A DNA stretch of 64,000 nt, taken from Rubripirellula sp. GTDB taxonomy: Bacteria > Planctomycetota > Planctomycetia > Pirellulales > Pirellulaceae. Below are positions 43,921-51,866 of the stretch, piece by piece. Under the pieces are notes generated by a model that was not told the origin of the DNA, searched no databases, and saw only the letters and a list, made by a program, of their open reading frames with translations. The stretch is taken from positions 288,001 through 352,000 of the forward strand of contig OZ244207.1 of assembly GCA_965216875.1 (NCBI GenBank), written 5' to 3'. A program made the translations under genes and the position numbers. Numbering within the stretch: the stretch's first letter is position 1; each line of letters starts with the position of its first letter.

Positions 43921-43961
43921 TCGTTTTTGTTCAAATGACGCATCAATTTGTACAAAAACGA
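43921..43961. promoter_or_regulatory. AT-rich inverted repeat upstream of fwdD, candidate operator or hairpin
   Basis: TCGTTTTTGT-T-CAAAT...ATTTG-T-ACAAAAACGA, 15 of 16 arm positions complementary. Confidence 0.45.
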
Positions 43962-44086
43962 TCGGGGTTTCAAAAACTGTCCGTTTGTGCTGGCGAGTGT
44001 GCTCGCTGACAGCCGGTTTACATTGCGAGCGGGAGTGCGTTTACCTATCTTCTAGCCAGTGGAACTCTTCCAGGAAAAATCGAGCC

Positions 44087-44425
44087 ATGCCGTCGCAACG
44101 CCTCCTTCTCAATCCGATTCGCACCGCCAAGCAGGGTGTGAATGTCAACGTTGGCAAAGATGGCGATGAATACAAGACGATCGTCACAACCCTGACGATC
44201 CACGCCAGTGACATGGAGGCCCTTGGGGTTTCTGACGGCGACACGGTTCGAGTGACCAGTGAATTTGGTGATGCCGAATTCAAATGCGAAACCGGCAAGG
44301 TTCCTGAAGGTATGATATTTGTGCCGTACGGCCCTCCCACTTGCAAACTGATGGGCGGAAACACCCATGGCACAGGCATGCCGACCAGCAAGGGTTGGGA
44401 AGTCGACGTCGAACCAATCGGTTAG
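44087..44425 (+). CDS. fwdD: Formylmethanofuran dehydrogenase subunit D (molybdopterin dinucleotide-binding domain)
   Basis: RTAKQG, DMEALGVSDGDTVRVTSEFG, PEGMIFVPYGP, THGTGMPTSKGWEV. Confidence 0.9.
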   Translation: MPSQRLLLNPIRTAKQGVNVNVGKDGDEYKTIVTTLTIHASDMEALGVSDGDTVRVTSEFGDAEFKCETGKVPEGMIFVPYGPPTCKLMGGNTHGTGMPTSKGWEVDVEPIG

Positions 44426-44461
44426 ACCTGACAAGACATTGCATGGCAAATAAGAATTGAC

Positions 44462-44716
44462 ATGGAAAACGCAAATCCAGCGAACGACGATTTCACTCAT
44501 CCGGAATCAGCTCACTTTGTCGCGGGCGATGGCGAGACGCCAGATCAAGCGTGGGAAGAGGTTGCCGAAGGACGCTTTATGCCCAAACGAGTGCGCGGCA
44601 GTTGTCACGGCCGCGCCCTTGGCTGAACGTTCACCGTTCCTTCGTCCGGTTCGGACGAGCCCGTTTGTGAAGATGAACCCGTCAATCAACCTGAAGACGC
44701 AAACGATCCTTCCTGA
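44462..44716 (+). CDS. Small acidic protein, candidate selenoprotein (UGA at codon 55; 54 aa if UGA is a stop)
   Basis: MENANPANDDFTHPESAHFVAGDGETPDQAWEEVAEGRFMPKRVRGSCHGRALG-U-TFTVPSSGSDEPVCEDEPVNQPEDANDPS; SECIS-like hairpin follows the TGA; not in the ORF track. Confidence 0.6.
44641..44659 (+). promoter_or_regulatory. Candidate bacterial SECIS element of the small ORF
   Basis: UUCGUCCG-GUU-CGGACGAG, 8-bp stem, G-first loop 22 nt after TGA 44624-44626. Confidence 0.6.
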
Positions 44717-44743
44717 TCATCACGCGCGACTTGGAATCACCTT

Positions 44744-46084
44744 ATGGATTTGAACGTAATCAATAACGCAACTTGCACTTTTTGTGGTTGCGTTTGCGAC
44801 GACATCCAACTGCACCACGATGATGTTCGGATTCATCAAGCCAAGAATGCGTGCGTGTTGGGCAAGGCATGGTTCCTCAATCACACCGCCGAAAAGAAGT
44901 ATCCCGACGCACTTGTCGACGGCAAAGAAGCGACGCTTGATGAAGCGATCGAAGCGGCTGCAGAGCATCTTTATCATGCGGACATGCCGCTTGTGTACGG
45001 GATGAGCAATACGACCTGTGAAGCTCAGAAGGAGTGTGTGGCGATGGCCGACAAGCTTGGCGGCTTGCTCGACAGCCACACATCGTTGTGACATGGTCCA
45101 ACGGAAATCGCCGCCCAGTTGGGAGGCAAGGTCACCTGCACACTTGGCGAAGTCAAGAATCGCGCCGACTTTATCGTCTATTGGGGCGGTAATCCGGCCG
45201 AGTGCCACCCGCGTCACTTCACCAAGTACAGCTTGATGAAGAAGAGCAAGTTTTTGCCCAAGGGACGCAAAGACCGCACGATGGTGTTGGTCGACATTCG
45301 TGAAACCAAAAGCGCTAAAGCGTCGGACATTTTCCTGCAAGTGCGCCCTGGCAAAGATTTTGAATTGATCACGTTGCTTCGAGCGATGATCAAAGACCAA
45401 CCGGTCGACGATGCCCAGATCGAAGAAACCGGATTGACGCGAACCGAGGTCGAAGACTTCATCGCGCGAATGAAAGGGGCCAAGTTTGGTGTGATGTTCT
45501 TTGGCATGGGCTTGTCGATGACACGCGGCAAACACATGAACTCGGCGGCACTGTTGACGCTCGCGGCCGAGATGAACGCATTCACCAAGTTCGTCGCCAT
45601 GCCGATGCGAGGGCACGGCAACGTGACCGGCGCCGACGTGATCATGCGTTGGCAAACAGGTTACCCGTTCGGAATCACGTTCAATCGTGGCTACCCGCGA
45701 TACAATCCCGGCGAGTTTTCGACGGTGGACGTTTTGGTCCGCGGCGACACCGATGCGGCATTCATCATTGGTGCCGATCCGGGTGCGACAATGCCGCAGC
45801 CAGCGATCGATCATTTGGCGCGAATCCCGACCATCGTGCTCGACCCTCACGTGACCCATACCAGCAGGCTCTCGCGGGTTCATATCACCACCGCGCCGGC
45901 CGGCATCTGTGCACCCGGGACGGGTTATCGGATGGATGAAATTCCGCTACCGTTACGTCCTGCACTCAAGTCGCCCTACCCGACCGACGAAGAAGTCGTC
46001 CGCAGGATTCATGAAGCGATTTCAGCGAAGCCAGACTACATCGCTGAGCAAACACCACAGATGCTGACGTCCCAGATTTATTAG
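44744..46084 (+). CDS. fwdB: Formylmethanofuran dehydrogenase subunit B, selenocysteine-containing (U116)
   Basis: Track ORFs 44744-45091 and 45119-46084 are the same frame. CTFCGCVCDD...C cluster motif; DSHTSL-TGA-HGP at the conserved Cys ligand; TCTLGEVKNRAD, WGGNPAECHPRH, PMRGHGNVTG, YNPGE. Confidence 0.92.
45088..45135 (+). promoter_or_regulatory. Candidate bacterial SECIS element of fwdB
   Basis: Upper hairpin GCCGCCC-AGUU-GGGAGGC (45110-45127), loop 25 nt after UGA; lower stem GUGAC(45088-92)/GUCAC(45131-35) includes the UGA. Confidence 0.7.
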
Positions 46085-46094
46085 TGCAGCGAAC

Positions 46095-46118
46095 GTAGTC
46101 GACGAGGCAACGAGTCCC
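46095..46118. repeat. Single GTAG REP between fwdB and fwdA
   Basis: GTAGTCGACGAGGCAACGAGTCCC, same family as 23597. Confidence 0.6.
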
Positions 46119-46169
46119 GACACTAAGTTTTGTTTCTCCGTTTGAATATCAGCATATAGAAGGCATCGA

Positions 46170-47804
46170 ATGCTCCGCATCTCGGGAGGCAAGGTCTACG
46201 ACCCGGCCAACGGAATCAACGGCGAAGTCCGAGATCTGTATATTTCCGACGGCAAGTTCGTCGCCGAAGGAGCGGCATCGCGCACGATCGACGCCACCGG
46301 AATGGTGATCTTTCCTGGCGGCGTCGACGTCCATACTCATGTTGCCGGTGGTTCGATTAACTTTGCCCGCGCGATGACCCCCGAAGATCATCGCCGCACG
46401 CAAGCTTTCATTCGTACGAAGACAACACGCAGTGGTTTGGGCGGGATGGCGCCAACCACGTTTGCCACCGGCTACCTCTATGCCGGTATGGGCTTCACGA
46501 CCGTTAACGAAGCGGCTGTCCCTGTTCTCTCGGCCCGCCACACTCACGAAGAGATGGCGGACATCCCGATTCTCGATAAGAGTAGTTTGGTCTTGATGGC
46601 CAACAACGAGATCATGATGGATCTGATCGAGAAGGGAGAGTACGAGCGAGCCAAGCAAGTGGTCGCTTGGTACATCTGGGCTGCGAAAGCCTATGGTGTG
46701 AAAGCGGTGAATCCGGGTGGCGTCGCAGCGTGGAAATGGGGTGACGACTCGAAACAACTCACGTCGCCGATCGCTGGTTTCAGCAAGCTGACTCCCGGCG
46801 GGATCGTCACCGCACTTTCGAAGATCGTTGACGACCTTGGGTTGCCGCATCCGATTCACTTGCACTGCAACAACCTTGGTGCACCGGGCAACATCAAGAC
46901 GACGCTTAATACGATCTCGCATCTCGAAGGCCGCCGCGCCCACTTGGCTCACCTTCAATATCACGCCTACGGTGGCGACGATTGGTCGACGATGTGTTCG
47001 GCGACCACCGAATTGGCCGAAGTTTTCAACAACAGTCCCAATTTGACGACCGATGCCGGTGCCGTCCTGTTTGGTGATACCGTGACGATCACCGCCGACG
47101 GCCCATGGCAACACTTGCTTTACAAGTTGACCGGCCGCAAATGGGGCAACATCGATGTCGAAAACGAAACTGGTTGCGGCATCGTTCCCTACACCTACAA
47201 GCCATCCAACCTGGTCAACGCCGTCCAATGGGCGAGCGGACTGGAATTGTTGCTGTTGATCAACGATCCATGGCGCGTGTTCCTTTCGACCGACCATCCC
47301 AACGGCGGCTGTTTTTGGCGGTATCCCGAAATCATCAAGCTGTTGATGTCGGCCGACTTCCGCAAAGAGTGCATGAAGTCGTTGCCAACCAACATCATGA
47401 ACAAGATCTCGTTGCCCGAGATTGACCGCGAATACACGCTGTATGAAATCGCCACGATTTCTTCGGCCGGACCGGCGCGTGCTTTGGGGCTGACTCAAAA
47501 AGGGTCGCTCGGTGTTGGCAAAGACGCTGACTTCGTCATTTACAACCAAGACGACGACGTCGAACGCATGTTCAGCCATCCTCGCTATGTCTTCAAGAGC
47601 GGCGCGATGGTGATCGAAGAAGGCGATATTCGCGAAACACCTGAAGGCAGCGAGTTTATCGTCAAGCCGGACTATGACCCGAACACGGACGAATTCATCA
47701 AGCCGTTGTTCGAAGAGTGCTACACGATGTCGTTCGAAAACTATCCGGTCGAGATGGAAAGAATTGAACGACCCGATATGCAAGATTGCATTGAAGTGGA
47801 ATGA
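46170..47804 (+). CDS. fwdA: Formylmethanofuran dehydrogenase subunit A (amidohydrolase; FwdA/FhcA)
   Basis: VYDPANG, DVHTHVAG, YGVKAVNPGG, HPIHLHCNNLG, HLQYHAYG, ETGCGIVP, STDHPNGG. Confidence 0.95.
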   Translation: MLRISGGKVYDPANGINGEVRDLYISDGKFVAEGAASRTIDATGMVIFPGGVDVHTHVAGGSINFARAMTPEDHRRTQAFIRTKTTRSGLGGMAPTTFATGYLYAGMGFTTVNEAAVPVLSARHTHEEMADIPILDKSSLVLMANNEIMMDLIEKGEYERAKQVVAWYIWAAKAYGVKAVNPGGVAAWKWGDDSKQLTSPIAGFSKLTPGGIVTALSKIVDDLGLPHPIHLHCNNLGAPGNIKTTLNTISHLEGRRAHLAHLQYHAYGGDDWSTMCSATTELAEVFNNSPNLTTDAGAVLFGDTVTITADGPWQHLLYKLTGRKWGNIDVENETGCGIVPYTYKPSNLVNAVQWASGLELLLLINDPWRVFLSTDHPNGGCFWRYPEIIKLLMSADFRKECMKSLPTNIMNKISLPEIDREYTLYEIATISSAGPARALGLTQKGSLGVGKDADFVIYNQDDDVERMFSHPRYVFKSGAMVIEEGDIRETPEGSEFIVKPDYDPNTDEFIKPLFEECYTMSFENYPVEMERIERPDMQDCIEVE

Positions 47805-48616
47805 GCAAGATTCGATTAACCCTAAAGAAGTCGCCAACCGTTCCCTTGGAAGCGGAAGTGTTGAGCCCCGATCGCTTGGCGGATTTGTCTCGCGACGAAA
47901 TCGCTGCGCTCACGCTTTATCACGGCAAACGCCAAGTTCGCATCGACGAGTTCTTTGATGTCGAAGGCGAAAAGAGCGAAGAGGTCGAAGTCGAAGGCGA
48001 CTTGAACAAGGTTCGCTGGATCGGCCGCGCGATGTCTCGCGGGACGCTTACCGTGCGCGGAAGCGTCGGGATGCATCTTGGCGCCCATATGACCGGTGGC
48101 GAAATCAACGTCGACGGCGATGCGGGCGATTGGATCGGCGCCGAAATGGCTGGTGGCACGATCCGTGTCAGCGGTAATGGCGGCGGGCAAATTGGCGCCG
48201 CCTACCGCGGCGCTCTCGTTGGCATGCGAGGCGGCACGATCATCATCGGCGGCACGGCTGGATTGGAAGTCGGCATGCGGATGCGTCGCGGCACGATCAT
48301 CATCGGTGGCGTCGTTCGCGACTTTGCTGGCCTGCAAATGAAAGGCGGAACGATCATCATGCTTAGCGGCGCGGAGATCCGCACTGGAGCTTGGATGAAT
48401 CGTGGCACGATCATTTCACTCAAACCGCTGCAAGTCCTGCCGACCTTCCGCTACTGCAGCGACTACAACCCGACGTTCATGAACGTCTACTCACGCGAAC
48501 TTGCAAAGCACGGAATCGATTTGCCGTACGATCCGAGCGAGGGCAGCTATTCCCGCTACACCGGCGACGCCTCGGTTCCCGGCAAAGGCGAGCTCCTCGT
48601 CTGGAACGCCAGCTAG
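47801..48616 (+). CDS. fwdC: Formylmethanofuran dehydrogenase subunit C (FwdC/FhcC)
   Basis: PLEAEVLSPD, repeated GxxMxGGxI beta-helix, LPTF, YTGD...GKGE; ATGA overlap with fwdA. Confidence 0.95.
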   Translation: MSKIRLTLKKSPTVPLEAEVLSPDRLADLSRDEIAALTLYHGKRQVRIDEFFDVEGEKSEEVEVEGDLNKVRWIGRAMSRGTLTVRGSVGMHLGAHMTGGEINVDGDAGDWIGAEMAGGTIRVSGNGGGQIGAAYRGALVGMRGGTIIIGGTAGLEVGMRMRRGTIIIGGVVRDFAGLQMKGGTIIMLSGAEIRTGAWMNRGTIISLKPLQVLPTFRYCSDYNPTFMNVYSRELAKHGIDLPYDPSEGSYSRYTGDASVPGKGELLVWNAS

Positions 48617-48677
48617 TCAGGCGACTTGTTTCGACTCGGCGTGGGGATCGGACCGGTCGATTCGACGTTGTGCCAAA

Positions 48678-48753
48678 GTAGGGTGTCGTGCTTGCACGCA
48701 CCAAACATGCTTGCCATTCTCGAAGATTGGTGCGTGCAAGCACGGCACCCTAC
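48678..48753. repeat. Inverted REP doublet (REPIN-like) between convergent genes; may act as a terminator or RNA stabiliser
   Basis: GTAGGGTGTCGTGCTTGCACGCACCAA...TTGGTGCGTGCAAGCACGGCACCCTAC, 27-bp arms with 1 mismatch. Confidence 0.8.
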
Positions 48754-48788
48754 GGGCAAACCGCCGTCACTCCTTGATCCAGCCTACC

Positions 48789-51700
48789 CTACTTCCACTC
48801 ATGGAGCAGTTTGCCGTCGGCGACGTTCCAGACGCGGACGACGCCGCTCTGCCCGCCAGCAACAAGTGTCTTGCCGTCTGGGGTCAGTGAGAGGGCAAAC
48901 AGGAAATCGCCGGAACTGTTGAACGACCGGAGCGATTTGCCGTTGCCTGTGTCGTGCAGCCGAACGTAACCATCGGCACAGGAGGTCAAGACTTGATTGG
49001 TCTTGGTCACGAATTGAATCGCGGTGATTTCCTTCGGGAAGCCTCCGATGGTTCGCCGTTGTTCGCCCGTGGCAATGTTCCAAACCTTGATGTTCTGGTC
49101 CGCACTGGCCGACGCGATCGTTTGGCCATCGTCTTGCCATGCAAGCGACAGAACATGATGCGTGTGCCCTTCGAGTGATCGAGAGGCCTTGCCTGTTGTG
49201 ATGTCGAGTAGCCGAACGGTTTTGTCGGCCGCCGAGGATGCCAGTCGCCGACCATCGGGTGAAAACTTGATGCCAAGCACGGTGTCGCTGTGAACGGCGC
49301 CAAAGTCTCGAACCAGTTGTCCTGTCATCGTCGAGAAGATCTGGACCTCGCCCGAGCGGCTCGGTGGGCCACTGCCGACGGCGATGGCCAAACCGTCAGG
49401 GCGAAAGTCGAGTGCGGTCACACGGTCCGAAATCAACGTGTCGTTGGGCGACCCGATCGAGCGAACCAATTGCCAGGGTGCATTGAGCGTCCAGCTCTGG
49501 GGCTGACGTGCGCTTCCGATCGCTGTGACTTGATCGCTGTTGAGTAGCACGCGGGTGATGGCACCGGTCGATTCGAACGATTCGATCGGTAGGCCGTCAT
49601 CGCGATAGAGCGTCACGTTGCCATCACCGTCTGCGGTGGCGAGTTGGGAGCCCGAATCGAAGGTGACGGCGGTCACCGGAACGCTGGTGAACTGTTGCTT
49701 TAGGTTCGAAAGACGTGTTTCAAGTGAGGTGTGTCGTCGAGTTTCGGCGGCGATCCGAGTCTTGTGATCGGGGATCGCTTGCTCGGCCCGTTTGTGGGCA
49801 AGCGTGGCGGTGTCAAAGGCTTGCTTGCGTTTGGCAACGTTCGTTTCACTTTTCTTTTTCGCCTCGTCCGCAGCGGTGAGTGCCTTTTTGTCGGCTTCGA
49901 GCTGCTTGGTGGATTTGTCCGTCGCTGCCTTTGCCGCTGCGATCGCTTTGTTAGCGGCATCCATCTCAGCCTTTGCCTTGGTGGCCGACTCAGCAGCTTT
50001 TGCGATTTGCATTTCACGGGTCGCAACTTCTTTGGCGAACTTATCGACCTCAGCTTGAGCTTGTTGCATTGCCTTGTTGGCGGCCTCGACTTGCTGCTTG
50101 GCCTTTTCCGCTGCCTCTTTGGCTTTGGCAAGTTGGTCGGCGAGAGGTTTAACCTCCGCCTTTAGCTTGTCCGACGTCGCATTGGCCGAGGCGAGCGTTT
50201 TGTTGGCACTGTCAAGCATCGTGTTCGCTGCGGCCGAGTCACTTTTTGCCTTTGCGATCGCCGCTTCCGTGCCGGTGACCTTTGCCGCTGCGTCGTTGCG
50301 TTTCTTTTCCTCCGCTGCTAAAGCTTCCACCGCCTTGTCACGTTCTTCGGTCACCTTTTTGAGAGCTTCGGTTTCGGCGGTCAGTGTCTTTTCCAAAGAT
50401 TCCGTTTGCTTGTTCAAGCGATCGACGGCCAACTTTTGACGGTCGGAATCGGATTGGGCACGGGCGAGCAATACACGAGTGCGCGGTTGACCCTCGAGTG
50501 TTAACAACGGCTTGGAGTCTGCGACATTCCACGTCTTGGTTTTTCCGTCGCGCCCGCCAGTTGCAAGTTTGCTGCCGTCGTTGGCAAACGCAACGGCATC
50601 GACGGGCGATCCATGATTGACCTTACGAAGCAGCTTGCCGCTGGTTGCATCGATCAAGAGGACTCCTTGCGATTCGCTGGCGACGGCCAAGGTCGGAGTG
50701 GGCTTCGCGGTTGCTGTGATCGCGGTTGCGTCGGCGACCGCCTTCAAGCCTTCGAAGGTTGCAGCGGCGAGCGAGGGTTTCGCAGCATCCAAACGCAGCG
50801 TCAGAACTTTCCGATCAGCAGTCCTCACTGCGATGAAATGTCCGTCGCCTGTCGTGACAAGGTCCACCAAAGGGCTTTGCACATCGAGCGTTGCCAACTC
50901 GTTGCCGTCGGCGACACGGTGCACGACAACGCGGCCTTGTGAGTCGCAATAGCAAAGCGCGTCTTTGGTCACGGCGAGTCCACAGACCGGATCACTGCCA
51001 ACGGCGATCGTCTGCTTGAGTGAGTTGTCGTTACCGCGAAGCTCGATGTCGCCGATCGCATTGACCAACGCGAATAGTGAGCGATCCTCGGTTGCGGACA
51101 CCAGGCCAGACGCGCCGGCAAGTGGCGACTGAGCAAGTGAACGCTCGGCGGAGCCCTTGGCCCAAATCTTGACGCTACGGAAGCCTCCCGTTGCGATCGT
51201 TTGTCCGTCGGGAGCAAACGCAATCGATTGAATCAGGTCGACATCGGCCACTTCTCCCTGCCCGCTTGAGGAGAGTGTTGGATCGACAAGCGAGCCGAGT
51301 TGCTGTTTGGTCGAGAGGTCAAAAACGCTGACACGGTTGCCGCGGCCCGTGGCGACAAGTCGACCATCAGGCGAAATGTCCATTGCGTAGATGGTGCGGA
51401 TCGATTCGGGAATCGGTTGGAACTCGATGACCCGTGCTTCCATCGAGTCGCTGCCGGACGCGCCTTGCTCGATCCATAACTTGATCAGCCCGAGTTCTTC
51501 GGGCGTGAGCGGCTTCGCCCCCACCGAGTTGTCCTCGGGCGGCATCAGTGGTTCTTCGGCGCCCGTAGCGCGAGTCAGCAACAGAGAGGCAGCGGCGTCT
51601 TTCGCCGTGACGGTTTCGCCGGTGTCACCACCCTTCATCAAGCTCGAGTGCGATTCGAGATTCAAGCCACCTTCGGATTCCTTTTCGTGATGGCATGCGA

Positions 51701-51866
51701 CGCAATTGCGTTTGAGCAGCGGCATGATCTCCTTTGCAAAGTCGACCGGCGCATCACGCTTCACTTCGGAAACGGGAATCGGCAGGTCGATGGCAAAGCA
51801 GAGAGGGGAAACCAGCAGTGATGCCAACGTCGTGGCAATCAAAGGAAAGCGACACAGTCTGATCAT
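48789..51866 (-). CDS. Planctomycete cytochrome c domain + WD40 repeats + long coiled coil
   Basis: VDFAKEIMPLLKRNCVACH, LMPP, WIEQGA; many WD40 repeats; A/K/E-rich central helix. Confidence 0.88.
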   Translation of the reverse strand: MIRLCRFPLIATTLASLLVSPLCFAIDLPIPVSEVKRDAPVDFAKEIMPLLKRNCVACHHEKESEGGLNLESHSSLMKGGDTGETVTAKDAAASLLLTRATGAEEPLMPPEDNSVGAKPLTPEELGLIKLWIEQGASGSDSMEARVIEFQPIPESIRTIYAMDISPDGRLVATGRGNRVSVFDLSTKQQLGSLVDPTLSSSGQGEVADVDLIQSIAFAPDGQTIATGGFRSVKIWAKGSAERSLAQSPLAGASGLVSATEDRSLFALVNAIGDIELRGNDNSLKQTIAVGSDPVCGLAVTKDALCYCDSQGRVVVHRVADGNELATLDVQSPLVDLVTTGDGHFIAVRTADRKVLTLRLDAAKPSLAAATFEGLKAVADATAITATAKPTPTLAVASESQGVLLIDATSGKLLRKVNHGSPVDAVAFANDGSKLATGGRDGKTKTWNVADSKPLLTLEGQPRTRVLLARAQSDSDRQKLAVDRLNKQTESLEKTLTAETEALKKVTEERDKAVEALAAEEKKRNDAAAKVTGTEAAIAKAKSDSAAANTMLDSANKTLASANATSDKLKAEVKPLADQLAKAKEAAEKAKQQVEAANKAMQQAQAEVDKFAKEVATREMQIAKAAESATKAKAEMDAANKAIAAAKAATDKSTKQLEADKKALTAADEAKKKSETNVAKRKQAFDTATLAHKRAEQAIPDHKTRIAAETRRHTSLETRLSNLKQQFTSVPVTAVTFDSGSQLATADGDGNVTLYRDDGLPIESFESTGAITRVLLNSDQVTAIGSARQPQSWTLNAPWQLVRSIGSPNDTLISDRVTALDFRPDGLAIAVGSGPPSRSGEVQIFSTMTGQLVRDFGAVHSDTVLGIKFSPDGRRLASSAADKTVRLLDITTGKASRSLEGHTHHVLSLAWQDDGQTIASASADQNIKVWNIATGEQRRTIGGFPKEITAIQFVTKTNQVLTSCADGYVRLHDTGNGKSLRSFNSSGDFLFALSLTPDGKTLVAGGQSGVVRVWNVADGKLLHEWK

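Noticed and set aside
44457..44753. Track ORF of 98 aa (TTG start) between fwdD and fwdB
   Set aside because: The alternative frame from ATG 44462 looks more coding-like and places the hairpin at SECIS distance; not formally excluded
44744..46084. fwdB as a nonsense pseudogene or two separate genes
   Set aside because: The single stop is TGA at the catalytic Cys position, with a SECIS-like hairpin and sel genes nearby; there is no other decay
46149..47837. Long antisense ORFs (562 aa here; also 44720-45883, 24143-25312, 2541-3476, 80-634)
   Set aside because: Shadow frames of well-supported genes in high-GC DNA, with no motifs of their own
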